From Eledone cirrhosa (lineage: Eukaryota): a stretch of DNA of 64,000 nt. Positions 13,112 through 27,310 of this stretch are shown in pieces. How positions within the stretch are numbered: the first letter of the stretch is position 1; each line of letters opens with the position of its first letter. Made by a program: the position numbers and the translations under genes. The notes under the pieces are model-generated. The model saw nothing but the letters and a program-made list of their open reading frames with translations. It was not told the DNA's origin and did no database searches. The stretch lies in the NCBI GenBank assembly GCA_964016885.1, contig OZ024740.1, positions 81,902,001 through 81,966,000 of the forward strand. Reading direction: 5' to 3'.

Positions 13112-13300
13112 TTCTTCTTCTTCTTCTTCTTCTTCTTCTTCTTCTTCTTCTTCGCCCGCTTATTTCTGAGAGGGTCATCATAATGGGTAACGTACTCATA
13201 GTAGTAACTGTAGTAAGTATATCTTGTTATTGTTGTTGTTGTTGGTGTTGTTGTTGGTGTTGTTGCAGTTCTTCTTCTTCTTCTTCTTCTTCTTGCTGCT
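13112..13300. repeat. (TTC)n/(TGT)n compound microsatellite
   Basis: Direct inspection. Confidence 0.95.
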
Positions 13301-13319
13301 ACTGCTAATGCTGCTATTT

Positions 13320-14260
13320 CTTTTTTAATACACTTTCGTGCTATCTTCTGTGACAAGGAATTTTTGAATAATTTTTGCTGATCCAATTAAATAACATTTT
13401 TGCATTGGCATCTCCTTTCATATTGAAGTTTAGCTTTTCAGATTGTGTTTTCAAATTCATATCCCATATCACTGTAATCTTTTACTTTTCATTTGTTCAT
13501 TTTATTTTTTAAACCTCGGTATCTACTGGGCCTGCCTCGTCAATTACCGGATACATTTTCCTCTTATTAACAACGAGTGCAATATACGAAATTTATATCG
13601 AAATGTTCCATAGCAGTTCTACTTCCAGGTTTCATTTCATTTACTTCGTAAAATGTTAATAGCTCTTTTCTGTGCATACAATTGCAAATTCTATCGTGAA
13701 TTTTTGACCGTATTTTATCGCGTCAACAATTTTGTAGTCGTATTTGTTAATGTTGACCAATCTGGAATCGTCTTAGCTATAGTCCATCAAGGTCATTGCA
13801 ATTTATAAATTTGTATCTTGCTTGTCTTTCATTCACCGGATTCAATTGACACGTAGCACCCCTTCCTGTACTTCTACTTTCAATTCCACAATAACTCTTC
13901 TTCCATTACCTATATACTAGATATCCATGTCATCTCCCATTTCTTTTGCCTTTTGGGGAAATACTGAATAGAGATTCTTTCTTGCAAAGGTTAACATTCG
14001 TTTATATACATGTGTCTGTCTTTTTTCAGTTTGGGCTGTATGGGCTAACTATGTAACATCTTTTACTATCTCATTATTAATAGTTTTGTTGCCTTCTCTA
14101 ATTCGACCTAATGTTGCCTTCTCTAATTCGACCCCCTCTTCAAAATACTTTATCCCATTATTCCCTCTTTACCAGTATAATCGATCCATCCATATCACTG
14201 TTTGTCCCCGTGAATGGTAAGCAACTCCCTGTTCTTTTTAGTATCATTTGATGCTTCTTC
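13320..14260 (-). pseudogene. Very old R4/Dong-type N-terminal relic
   Basis: Traces such as DQQKLFKN, YERR and IVKRCY resemble the N-terminal half of the 1130-aa ORF (QNRMFDNNQKMLF, RRYENR, VMQCY). Confidence 0.45.
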
Positions 14261-14374
14261 CATACTATATTAGAGACGCTGCTCTCGAGTTGATTGTGTT
14301 GCTCATTCTGTTCATTGACATAAAGCTTCTGGATTTTTGAACCTCTACATTTCTATCTGGACTAGAAAAATGAA

Positions 14375-14648
14375 TCCTCCTTAGACAGGTATATGTTATG
14401 ATGAGCTGCCAAAATATTTGAGAAGTCTACATGGTGTGCGTGTAGATGTTTTCACATATCCTGCAGACCAAGATCCCCGATTAACCTCACAACACGAGGT
14501 GATGTGCAAACAAGGGCGCTAGAAACAAACTCCCTTTTGCATCAATCGCTGACAAATAAAGCTGGCTAAAGAGAATGTAGCATCATTTGCGGTGCTCCAG
14601 AATCGCTTCAGCCGGTCGGCTAGTAATCGTAATAGAGTAAAGAGTAAA
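14375..14648 (+). mobile_element. CR1/L2-group LINE 3' end fragment
   Basis: ELPKYLRSLHGVRVDVF...IPD.P...ALETNSLLHQ-like C-terminus followed by a short UTR and a (TAAAGAG)-like tail. Confidence 0.55.
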
Positions 14649-16291
14649 TATCATTTAGCGCGTGCATTTTACGTGTTCATTTTTACATGTTTAAAGTTTT
14701 GTTATCAAGATTAGCTGATTACTAAACACGCATTAACAGAGAATATGTCACCGAAGTTTGAAACAACAACATCAATTAAAATGTATTAACAACAAACACA
14801 TATATAAATTTAAAAAAACAGGCTGTTATACACATATGTTACAATTTCAGGAAGTTAATATATACAATTTTTGAAAAGTTAAAACCAATCACAGATATTT
14901 TTTCTATGTTATTTTGGAAATCGTTGTAAAGGAAATATTGCTTGTACATTATGTTATATTCTTGCCTCTAGGAAACTCTATATCCGATTAAATATTGTCC
15001 AACAAACAAAGAATTATATTTCAAATATTTTAATATTAGAAGATTCCTAGAGCAATTTCAGATAAATAATCAGAATAAATGCGATATAATTTTAACCTCA
15101 CTTTTCGTTTACAATTAACTTTACTGACAATTGATTTATATATTTGAGAAAAAAGCGAACGTTTTACCGTTGAAATATAAAAACAAAATGATATGGCTTC
15201 ATTTAAAATACATTTTGACAATGTTGCGTGTTACATTGAATTATACATCTGATTTAGACGTGTTGAGTATTTAAAGATAACACCTTTACTACACCTCATG
15301 ATTCGAAAGGTCACATCAATAATATAAATACAATTCATCTATTTATAGAAATATTTCCTCTTTTCAATGTAAAAACAGTCACGAAAATGTGATATAAACA
15401 AAAACAAGCTACAAATAAATAAACTAGGAACAAACAACAAAGAAAAGGTAAAATAAAATTATAAAATTTCTGCCAATCAATTAATAAAATAGCTTTTTAG
15501 ATCACGTAGAAAAATATTTGAAGAATTATCTTGGTGTCAAGGAAATCAGACTCTTTCAGTATCAAGAAATCTCTTGAAAAATAAGTTCTGTTTTGACAAT
15601 TATTGACTCGGATTTGTCCGGCTTTTTAAAGACATATAAAATTCAAACATACGTACCTAAATAACTAACTACCTCCCTACATATATACATACAAACAAAC
15701 ATGCGTACTTACGTACGTACTTACCTGCATACATATATACATAAAATATACGTACGTACATACATGCAAACATTTACCTACGTACATACATGCAAACAAT
15801 CTTAAGTACGTACATATACAGATTTAGAAAAACAACCATCCTTAAGTACAACTGTCCTTAAGTAAAAGTTCTCTAAGAGCTGTAGTTGATTATTAATACC
15901 AATCTGACGACGACGTCTTCTATTCAACACCATCCCATTGGACGTTACGCGTGAGGTGGTTTCGATCCTAAACTGTTTGGCGCAGGTGACATAAATCTAC
16001 GTTCATACAAACCAAATGATAAAACGATAGAATCTTCAACTAGACAGAGTTAACAACAATGAAGAATCTTGTGGAAAACAAGTTGCAGCGGTTGTGTATT
16101 CAGCTGCGATTACATTAATTAAATCTGACTATGCTGCATCTCTCAGATGTCGTATAAAGAATGTTATAATAAGATTTGTAGCCCCAGTTTTCGAGTTCGA
16201 AAGAAAAATGATGCTAAATCGAAACAATTCAATTCATAGTCGGATTCTGCCAAGGGTGCATAGTGTCACATCTGCTCTTCATTATTTACTA

Positions 16292-16462
16292 TCGGTAGAG
16301 GGTCGGACGCCATGCTTTCAGCATAATTACGTCCCTTTACGATCTGAGTTCAAATCCCGCCGAGGTTGACTTTACCTTTCATCCTTACGGGGTCGATAAA
16401 ATAAAGTACCAGTAATGCACTGGGTAATTGCTAGCCTTGTGCCAACAAGTAGAAACAATTAT
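16292..16462 (+). mobile_element. SINE copy (same family as 362-512)
   Basis: TTACGATCTGAGTTCAAATCCCGCCGAGGTTGACTTTACCTTTCATCCTTACGGGGTCGATAAAATAAAGTACCAGT. Confidence 0.8.
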
Positions 16463-16479
16463 TTACATGAACAGGTTTG

Positions 16480-17150
16480 TCATGCCCAACCGAGCTAGAA
16501 GTGGTACCACAACTGGAAGATGTAGAAACAGTCAGATGCAATTTGCAAATGATATGGTATTTGTAACTCGTCAGAAGATGTTCTCCGACATGCGGTTGAT
16601 AGGTTTGATGCTGCAACACGGCTTGTTTAAAAACAATCTACTCAATGAAGCCTGCGTATTGCAATTTAAATGCGAGAAGACGTCCACTGAAGCACTTGAA
16701 GAGGTTTCCGTATCTCAGAGCTGTGTTCAAGAGTGATGGAAAGCAGGAGGCTGAACTAGGTGCAAGAATGGCAGAGCTGATGCAGTAAAGCCCCAGTTTC
16801 AGTAATCCCGAGTCAGAGGAAGGAAGGTAGGTTTGAAACCAAACTCGCTAATTAATTCGGTATGGTCATGAATCTTGTGTAAAACGATCGTGGATACAAG
16901 CATCTGAAATGGACTTCCTCCGAAGGGTCTTTGGGATAATGCTACTTCATAGAGTGCGTATCTCGAAGGTCAGAGAATAACTAAATTTAGAGACACCACT
17001 TTTCCGAATTGACAGATCACAGCTCCGATATTGCAGGTACGGTCTTAGAATGTCTGAGGAAGAAATTGCTTGACAGAATTTACGGGCAAAACCAACCAGC
17101 AACAGACCCAGAGTAGACTCCGACCAAGAGGATAGGGAATGTTTGAGGAC
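16480..17150 (+). pseudogene. RTE-clade LINE RT/C-terminal relic
   Basis: FANDMVF (FADD-like), YGHES, IQASEMDFLRRVFG, IDRSQLRY, RPR motifs typical of RTE C-termini. Confidence 0.75.
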
Positions 17151-17929
17151 CACTTACACGACTTTCCCAGGATTATGTGGACAAAGAAGACAAAGAAAAA
17201 GGAGACGATATGTAATAGTTGAGGAAATTAGGTAAAGTAACACTGAAAACAAATGCGCCCCCTACTAATGAAACCCCGCACTTGTCGGATTCTACCACAT
17301 GCATAAACAAATAAGATAAACAACCCGCTGGCTAAGATTGAAGGTGGTAGCTAGAGGTGTTAACAAACTGGCTGTATTACAAACACTTGAAAGTCTTAAT
17401 AAGTCAATAGATTTGATTACAGTTCTAGCTAAGCGAATGAATTGGTGGCCAGCTTTTCTTTAGTGTAGGAGAAATTATCTTACCAAGTAACGGAATGACG
17501 CAGAGTATGATACCAGGCTGGAGACTTTCAGGTGAACATTGTCGGATTTACTCATCTAATATTTGGTTTTTATTAAGGACAATTATGATGGTCCATAAGA
17601 CGCATATATTTCAAATGTATAATTATGTCGATTATGCTGGCTTCAAATGCTATGCTCACAATTCTTTCTATAAGTATACAGTCTTCCGAAATGCAAGGAA
17701 TTGGTAGCTAAAGGATCGATTGTGTACTAGTTAAGGCACTTACCCAACCTCGAAGACACAAACATAAATATATATATATATATATGCAAAACGTAAAAAG
17801 CAACAACAATGCAAACAGCACAGTACAATGTAGAAATATATAAGTTCAACGCTTGAACGATACGAAAAAAGTATTTACATTTCGGACACTCTGTATTCAA
17901 TTAAACATATAGATAAATACATACATATG

Positions 17930-18017
<88 letters not shown>

Positions 18018-18147
18018 GAGGTTATATTTAATTTGTTGGGATACAACAAGCAAAATGTTTTTATAACTGATGTAAAGCACTCAATGGTTGCATTTTTTAA
18101 GGGTATGTCAATATTTATTTATAAAACTAACCTATATCATATTTTAT

Positions 18148-18195
18148 CTGATGAGAGCGCACCATAGTTTACCTTGGTGGCCCTTGCAATATGTC
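18148..18195 (+). ncRNA. Degenerate hammerhead-like motif in a short (TA)n-flanked pLTR fragment
   Basis: CTGATGA-GAGCGCACCA...TGGTGGCCCTT-GCAA-TATG-TC; GAAA is mutated to GCAA and stem I is poor. Confidence 0.35.
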
Positions 18196-18248
18196 TAATG
18201 AAATAAATATGGTTTTATAAATATAGTTTCCATTTGTTAATATATTGT

Positions 18249-18342
<94 letters not shown>

Positions 18343-18433
18343 GAGAATGTATTAGAAGTTGTCGTTCATCGAGGAGTATACGAAAGCATATACTATATGT
18401 TTAAGAATGATAAACATAGGAGAGAGCTTATAT

Positions 18434-18868
18434 TCTTCTTCTTCTTGCTCTTGTTTGATGAGACCGAAGTCATTCTAAGAAAGGTATCCCAAAGCATCGT
18501 TGTGCGTAGAGCCGACCAGAAACCTTCATCTCTGGCGGTCCCGTACTAGTTCCTCTGCATCCTCCAAAGTATTGTCAAGCCTCCGGTGAACTTCCCTGAT
18601 GATATCCAGCCATTGCGGCGAATGAGTGTAAGGCCATGGTGGGATGATATGGACGAAAGCTGAGGACATGCCTGTTTCATCGCATGCGGCGGATAGCTAA
18701 GAGTCGTGAAGCTGTGGGCTGATGCATGCACGCACGCAAGACTTTGTTAGAAACATGGTGGTCCCATCTGATGTTGTTGATGGTCCTCAGGGCTCTGCTT
18801 TCGAAGCTGTCAATCCTCTTAGCCAGGGTCTTTGTGATAGCCCACGTTTCTGCTCCATACAGGAGAAT
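18434..18868 (-). mobile_element. RTE-clade LINE 3' fragment with (GAA)n tail
   Basis: LLYGAETWAITKTLAKRIDSFESRALRTINNIRWDHHVSN on -; ends in a (TTC)n tract on +. Confidence 0.8.
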
Positions 18869-21445
18869 AGAGGGATTATGCCAGTGAAATTCTGTCCATG
18901 TTTTAACAGAAATACTTCGTATTGGCAGATGTACAGCAAGGAATGGAATGGTATGTATTATTTATGTAGACATTGGGTTTCGCTTTCCATCGGTCTTAAA
19001 CCTAATTGCCCTCCAGTCACTGGTTTCTATCATAATCGATATTCTTCTTACACAAAGTGTGATGCCCTATTCTAAGATTTAAAGTTTATATTGACGTTAG
19101 GGAAATGGACTAAAGAAAGTTTCCAATTTTGGCATCTAATATCCATTCCTGTTTATTTATTTTCAGTTTCAAAATTTTACCCATGTAGATATTTCCTTTC
19201 CTCCGTTTACACTGTATATCATTCTATTCTTACTTCGGAAGTCTATTGGATAAAGGGCTTACGTTTGGGGTGGAAAGTTAAGAAGACGGTATTATAAATC
19301 TAACAAGGTTTCCCGAACGCCTGCCATGGAGTATAATCTGCCGAATGCACTCAATTCTTTGTTGATTGTATTAAACAATGCAGTGTATCAGTCTTACACC
19401 CCATATAGGCAACAGTTGAATTTGAAATCAGGACGCAATCAAACGAGAAAAAATATGCAATGCTTCTCATCCAAGGCACTCTTAGAACTGCCAATACTTC
19501 AGCCTGGGTTGGCACTTTATTCTATTGACCCCCAAACTTGATAAACATAGGGGGTATTTGGACGAAAACTGCAAAATATTGGAAGACTTCCTGATGTTGT
19601 AGTTTCCAACCAGCTTCCATTTCTACTTCATTGCAATTCAGCTCATTTATTTAGTAATGTTTTTTAACTTGAACAAACGACATTCTTCCTTCTACTCGCC
19701 TTTAATTGTGTATATTTGTCATGGTAAACATGTAACTAATAGATGCTCTATAGCAATAGCACCAATTCTTATAAACTTGACATTATTTTACTCTATTATA
19801 TATTGTTAGTGCAATTCAGTCAACTTAATCATCACTCATATAGTTAGGGTGACAAAATTTAGCATGTATTCTTTTGATCAAGTTATAGCTTTGAATTGTT
19901 AAGAACCGATATTTTATTGCGATATACATGAAGACAGAATGAAAATCGTCCTGGCAGAGTTAAGGAGGTTATCATACTCCGCAGTTAGATATATATTTTT
20001 TCCATGCAATCAGCATTCAAATATTCTCAAATTTTCAATACTGCTTTTTACCTTCTATTATTCCAGATGTTTTCCCCAATATTATCATTGTGTTTGGATT
20101 GTAGTAAGATTATAGAGAAATAAATCAGTATGGTAAACAGAAACACTTTTCCTATCTAATAGTCTCTAAATATATAGATATACCCTGGTAAATAACTAAC
20201 TAATATAAATACCTCAGCAATGGAACCAACTCTTATAAACTCAGCCTCTTTCTACAGGTCACTAAATAGGATATTTTAAAGAACAATAATGCAACTAAAT
20301 ACTAGTCAGATTCAAAATAGCCATGTTGTGTATACATATTGATTATTTACTGCAGATGTACCTGAATCCCCATAAAAAAAGTCTTATCTTTGTATACTGG
20401 TCAGTATGGTGACAAACAAAACTAATTATTGATCCGTCGGATAGTAGCTTGATATCAAGATTCTGCCATCTGTTACAGTACATACTTAAGGATAATGCTT
20501 AATATTAAACATAAGCATCACTTACAATTGAAAAGAATAATTTATTTATTGTCAAACATTTGTTGCACAGATGTACGACGGCAGGAAAACCTGTTTCTGT
20601 TCACATAATTACGTTCTTTTTAAGTCTTTTAGCTCAATTACCCGACCTATAAAGTGTGTTTTGGTAACTTACTCTTAAAGGAAGGAGACCAATTAAAACT
20701 GCCCAAATCCTTTAAACAAAATACGATAAATCAGGATAAACAACATTAACAGAAGGATACTGACCAAATAATATCCCCAGTTAAAACAGATCAGTATTGT
20801 AATGTATGGTCACATACATTGTGCTGTGTTTAGTAAGGTTGTGTTCAGTCGAGACAATAATGTAGTTAGTTTTAGGCGTTGAATATGTATGGTTTATGTA
20901 CTTGATACAATCCCAACATTGATTTTCATTATTTCGTGTTCGTGGATATCTCACAAACCCAGTTCTAGAGGCGATACTATTTTTCTCGTATTCCGGATGT
21001 AATTGAGAATAATTAGATATAGAGAGGGATGTTGTTTTGCTAAGTTCCGGTGCTCAATACACAATATACGACACAAAGGCGCCGCAATAATCTCATGAAG
21101 ACACTAGGCTGCAATTCAATCTAATGCTTACATAAGAATACCGAGAATATAAATTCATACATGTGCAGATAACAAGGGGTCTAAATTAAATATATATAGT
21201 TTTGACTCGGCAAAATAACTCGATATTTCAAACTGCTGATTTGAAAATTAAATATTCTCATGTTCGACTGAAACTCATATATTATTGACGTTTGTTTGAC
21301 TCATTGACAGTTGCCCCACAACGATCGCTCAACTACAGGAAACAAAAACGTACATTGTGACTGAAAAACACTAGTTAGCTAGTGAGTTTACACTCCATAA
21401 CAATAAATAAATGAATAAATAAATAATAAATAAATAATATAATAA

Positions 21446-23002
21446 ATGAAAGACAACACTGATAACAGCGACAGTGATAACAGCAACACCAACAAGACCA
21501 ACGACAACAACAACACCCCCAACAACAACAAGAACACTTTCGCTGCGGCAGCAGCAAAGAGGCCATGCTTCAGCATGGACCTCTCAAACAAAGATGAAAA
21601 GTTGGCCCAGGCATGGAAACTTATCAAGCAAGAGCAAACCTGGGCCAACTTAACTGTCCCGGTAGAAGCTATCGAGACAGTGGAGCAGAGAACGGTGCAT
21701 TATAGAAACATCTCAGCACAAACCAAAAGGGCAGCTTTAATCCCACAAGCAGATGTCGAAGTCGCGCTGAGGTGCATCAGAGAAGACACCGAATACATAG
21801 CGAGGGGCAGACAGTACGGCACTATTTCGGTGCTATTCAATCAGAAGCCCTCGCTGTGAAACACGCTATGACTCCTTGCAAAACCAGCAAGGTCGTAATG
21901 TACTCCTCCCACATGGGAAAAAGAACGGCCCGTCTCCGCATTCCCAGAATCCCACCATAACGTCGCTTCTGGGATGTGTGATTGTGGAGGGGACGGATAC
22001 CGTCGCGATAGAAGTGACCAGAACGGCCAGAGAGGACTGCTCCGGGGTTGACCTGGAGATCCTTCTCCAGATAAAGCCCAAGAATGTGAAGACAATCCCA
22101 GACCACATCCGCCATCAGAATGGCACGGTCATTCATATGATGACCGAGGGCAAAAGGCCGCATTGCTTTGTTTGTGGGGAAAAACCCATTTGCGAGCCTT
22201 CTACCCCCAACTGCTGAAAGATGCAAGGGATCGAAAGGCTCCACTGCTGCCGACGCCGGGGCGAGGACCACAAACAACACCAACATCAGCAACACCACCA
22301 ACAACAACACCAATAAAACCATAAACACACACATATACACACTTACAGACACAGACCCCTCATCTACCAGTAGTGAAGATGAGGGAAAACCAAAATCCCC
22401 CCAAATACAAAAAAGGAAACACAAAAAGGAAAACAAAACTCAACAAAGCACAAAATCACCCACAATAAAAAATGCAGACACCACCACGCAAACATCTCTC
22501 CAATAACACCAACATCAACACCACCATCACCAGAATCCTCCAAACGCAAACAACCTAAACAGACGCAAGAACAAATACACACACAAACATAGAAACCACA
22601 GACACCGCACTCACAACAAACACAGATACAACCGAAACAACACCACCAAAACCCTCACCACCACAGCCACGCAAACAAAGAAAATCACACCAACAAAACA
22701 TACAAAACTTCGTGCTCGTCAGGAGGGCCAACAAGGAACTGATAGCCCTCGTAGCACGAAGTGAAGATATACAAAAAGAGGGGGAAATGTTTAAATCGAG
22801 CACATTTCGCGTGCCGGAAGATTTGTTTCTGCTGCGAATGTCGCTCGGTTTATACAAAGAGATACGAGACAGCTTTCCTCGGGACGTGGGAACCCCGAAT
22901 GTAAAACGCACTTCAAGACTTTTAAAGGGGTTCCCAAAAGAAACCCCACCAACTATGCAGTTCGAATCACAAGACCTTCAAAAGATCCCGGATGGTAAGT
23001 AA
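21446..23002 (+). pseudogene. Tx1-A ORF1 (RRM-like, zinc knuckle, Thr/Pro-rich), frameshifted
   Basis: RGRQYGTISVLF, EGKRPHCFVCGEK; homologous to ORF1 at 27311-29291. Confidence 0.8.
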
Positions 23003-23034
23003 ACCTTTCCTCTCTCTCTTTTTAACCTGCCAGC

Positions 23035-26000
23035 ATGGCCATATTAAGAGTAGGATGTTTAAATGTTCGAGGCCTGGGATCGTCCTGGAAGCAGGGTCAC
23101 CTGCTCAACGACCTCAGGTCTCTAGAAACGGATGCAATTGCCGTAAGCGAGACCAGGATTTCCGACACGCGCGCACTAGCCCCCATTTTCGACGACTATC
23201 AGATCTTTGCATCTGTTAGCCGGCCGAGAATGGGAGGCGGGGTGGCACTGCTGTTTAGGAAAGGCCTGGATCTCGAGGTAAGCTCGATCTTCCGGGACTC
23301 AGAAGGGAAGTTGGTGGTCCTGGACATGAACTATAATGAAGCTGGTGCCTTTAGACTGCTGGCCGTCTATGCCCCTACTGGCGCAGGACGGCCGGAATTC
23401 TTTAGACTTCTGGAAGCCTTTCTGTGTACGTCTCGCTCTTTACTGTTAGCGAGGGACTGGAACGGCATCTTAGACGCACGCTGGGACTGAGTGGGAGTAT
23501 CCGATAGGAGCGGGAGGTGCAACAGCCTCAGGAACCTGATCAGCCAGTTCCAACTGTCTGACAGGTACCGACTAGATTTCCCTAATGCGCCAGTGTGGAC
23601 ATGGACTAACCGCATAGGGTCATCTAGATGCTATATAGACAGGTTATTCATTAGGAGAATAGACAGAAATAACGTAAGCTGTCCACTTTTTAAAATGGTC
23701 GCCTATTCAGTTCACAAGTTTGTGATCTGTATGGTCGACCTAGATAAGACAACTTTTTCTTAGCTAAATTGTTGACCTGGTTACTGGAAGCTAAACATGT
23801 CATTTCCGGCACGTAAGGCTTACAGGGACCAGGTCAACAATTTATCTAAGAAAAAAGTTGACAGGCGGAGTCGTCAACAATAGATGGTGGGGGGCTCTCA
23901 AAAGAAAAATTAGAGTAATGTCGATAGAATTTAGCAAAGAAGTAGCATTAGAGAAAAATAGAAAGGAGGGGGAGTAGGTAGATAAGTTAGACGAGGCTAT
24001 TGGTAGTGGCATTGCAACTGATGTGCTAGCGGCGAGAATGGCATTAGACCATTTGTTCAATGCGAAACACGAAGGATGCATTGTCAGAGCTAAGGCGCGT
24101 GCTCTGAGAAACGAGGGAACCAAAGCTGTTCGATGGGCCCGCGTGCCAGAGGAACAGCGTGGTAATAAAACCACGATTCGGTCCTTGACACAAGCTGAGC
24201 GATTCCAAGCGGATGTGTGAGGCCTTTCGCCAACATTTTGCTCGGTTGTTCGGGGGAAGTGGCGGGCCAGAGACGGTGGCGGACTTCATTCCCTACTTCT
24301 ATGGCTTGCCGCAACTCTCGACGGCTGACGCTGGGCGCTGCGAAAGGCCAATTACTTCAGCCGAGATTCAGGATGCCCTTGTCAGCTGCATGAGGCGCAA
24401 GTCACTCGGTTTGGATGGTCTGCCCTACGAGCTTTATGTAAATATGCCAGACTTGTTCTCCAATCTCCTCGAAGCCCTCTACTGCGACAGGCAGAAAAAC
24501 GGGAGTATTCCCAGTTCTGTGAGCCGGGGCGTAGTGACGCTGATAAGGAAAGACGAGAACAAAAGGGACACATTAGACAATTTCAGGCCCATAACTCTGC
24601 TCAACACAGAGTTTAAGATTTTGGCCAGGGTGTTAGCGAAGAGGTTGGCGCTTGTCGTCGGGGATTTGGTTGGGGAGGCGCAAACTTGCGCAATCCCAAC
24701 CAGGTCCATACACGACAACCTCCACCTAATGCGATACATCATAGAGAGGGTAAGGTGTAAACCTGGCTTCGGTGAGGCTCTGATCAATTTACATCAATCG
24801 AAAGCATTCGATAGGGTGGACCATCAGTACCTGGAGGCTGCCCTCAAGGCGGCTGGCTTCGGCCCCGTCTCCAGAAGCTGGATCGCTGCAATGCACAGCG
24901 GCACCTGCTCGGTGGTCAGAATTAATGGCCACCTCTCGAACCGTTTCAGGTCTCCCGATCGGTCCGTCAGGGGTGCCCTCTCTCCTCCCTTCTGTACGTA
25001 TTGACTCTTGAGCCTTTGCTACGGAAGCTGGAGCTGTTGCAGAGCATCCCGCTCGAACTGGGCGCGGAAAGGCTGTGTCGACGTATGCGGATGACATCAC
25101 CGTGATGGTGTCGGGCACTTCAGAAATCGAGGTGGTTGACAACTTATTGGAGGAATATGGAAGGTTGACGGGAGCAAAACTTAACCCGGAAAAGTTGGTG
25201 GACTTGCAACTCGGCATGTGGAGAGGCAAGACCATGCTGTCCAACAGCGTCGTTAGCCGGTGGATAAGAATTGGGACGAGGTTGATGGGCAGGGTAGCCA
25301 GTCTCACCAGAAATGGGCTGGGAGGAAGCTTTCACTGAGAGGTCGGGCGGAGGTGGCGAACGCGTACATCGCGTCCGTCATCTACTACCGTCTGGTCGTC
25401 GTCCCTTGCCCTCGTTCCCGCCTCGCCATCTTGGAGCGGCTCCTCTTCAAATCTTGTGGAGGTGTCAGGTTCCGCTGGTGAGGTGGTCCACTGCTGCCAG
25501 CACCCTCTACGTGCAGGGCTGGGCATGCCGTGGCTAATGATGTGCAGACACGCGCTGAGGCTGCAGCATCTCCAGATATTCTGCCTAAACAGTGAAAATG
25601 TGTGGTCGCCATTTGCCAGACGGGCCTTTCCGCAGCTCGTTTCTTTTACTGAGCTGCAGTCCTGGGTCAAGAAGAGACCGAGACTGGGTGACTGGCATCT
25701 GGAATGTTGCCAGGCACTCACTTCCCCCTACTAGGCGGGCAATGCGGTCAGTGGAACTTCGACTCTCGAGTTCTATAGAGGATTAGTGGTGGGCAAGTGC
25801 GACGACGCACTCGGAGAGGCTCTGGGAGTCGACGAAGCCGAACTAACCAGTCTGTTCCGGAGGACTTTCGAGCCGGGGACGATGGATAACTTCCAAAAAT
25901 CCCTCGCTTGGCAGTGCTACAAGGGTTCGAGATAAACTCTACAGGCACAGAAGTGCTGTCAGACGGACCTTCCCGAGATGCGCGCATCGCGATGAAACCG

Positions 26001-26385
26001 TTCTGCACGCACTCGTCTAGTGTCTGTCCATTACTGACTTGTGGAGTTATGTCGAACAGCTGTTGTCGCGTGTAGAACGGATCCGGCTATCGGCCGAGGC
26101 CATAATAAAGATCGACCCGCCGCCTTCTTTTGGCAAGGAAGGGCAGGCAATTTTCCTCTGCCTGGTGGCAGTAGCGAAAGAGGTTGTATGGTGGACGAGG
26201 TTGAAAGGACTGAAGACAGACAAGTTTCTCTTCGGCCAATCCCTCATCAAATTTTTCAAATTTCATCTGGAAAGGAATGTGAGGTTGGGTGAGTAGTGCT
26301 GCCCCCCAGTACATTTGCTGAAAGGTGGGTGAATGTGGCGAGAATGGCCCGTGTGAGTGGGCCTACTCTGGTCATGTGGCTGTAG
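23035..26385 (+). pseudogene. Tx1-A ORF2 (APE endonuclease + RT), multiple stops and frameshifts
   Basis: LNVRG, SET, AVYAP, DWN, IDR; KSLGLDGLP, NFRPITLLN, KAFDRV, YADD. Confidence 0.92.
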
Positions 26386-26670
26386 GTGGGGAAATTTGAG
26401 GAGGAGAGGGTACCCTTCCAGGCTGTTCTCGAAGCGTCGGGTCGTTCAGGATTGGTGGGGTACCTGCGCGAACCTTGGGTGGTCATCCCCCTATTGGGAA
26501 TTTTTCTTGTATTTTTCTTGTTACTTTCTTATTCTTATTCATATTGTTTACTCAATTTTTCTGTAAAGCCCCCATTGTCCCAGTCTTTTGTATTGTCCCC
26601 TATGTGTCGGCCCTTGTGGCCAATAAATGAAATCGTTATTATTGTTATTATTATTATTATTATTATTATT

Positions 26671-27038
26671 ACAGCTGCATTTATCTTGCTTTATGTTCAT
26701 TCGAGTTATCACGAAGTCACAACCAGTGACCTCAAGAGATACAAGGTCCGCCATGTTCAAGAAAGAACATGCATACTCACACATGCATCTTTAGGTGTTT
26801 AGTCTTGTGATGTACTTATATTGACATAATCTTCCTTAGTATATGGGCAGTTCCCATTAGTACTATCTTTTGTATTTCCCCTATACGCGGGTTTCCTGGG
26901 ATTTGCGATAAGTAATCATTAGACCCCTTAGGTATCATTCCTAGTTTGTGGTGTTGGTGAAATTGCTGTTATTTTGCTGTTCTATATAGTGTAGACAGAG
27001 GGGGATTTCTTCCATTTATAACCATTTTATTTTTTGTA
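26671..27038 (-). mobile_element. Short Dong-type piece: family-B 3' end joined to a 5'-UTR-like segment, between two (TAA)n tracts
   Basis: 26671-26942 matches the family-B 3' end (IQKIVLMGTAHILRKI + UTR); 26940-27038 matches the 5' UTR block at 46622-46735. Confidence 0.8.
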
Positions 27039-27099
<61 letters not shown>

Positions 27100-27310
27100 G
27101 GCGACTTACGTAGTAAATCGTATCATCGTGAGCTCCGCAAAGGTTTGTTATTTCCGTTTGTAAAACATTGCCATTTAGGGAAAATTTTTATTGTTAACTA
27201 TATATAAGCGCACATACATTGTTTTCCGAAAAGGACACCCAAAAAGATTGGGGCCTTGTGCCCAAAATTTAAACTTTTATGATTATCAAAAAAATTTCTT
27301 TGAAAAAAAA

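Larger units (their letters stand above)
21446..26670 (+). mobile_element. Tx1/L1-clade non-LTR retrotransposon, subfamily A (degenerate, near full length)
   Basis: ORF1 + APE-RT-CCHC ORF2, 3' UTR with AATAAA (~26622) and (ATT)n tail. Confidence 0.92.

Noticed and set aside
22995-23033. 39-nt GT..AG intron fusing Tx1-A ORF1 to ORF2
   Set aside because: Removal leaves ORF2 out of frame, the intron is very short and subfamily B has no AG acceptor
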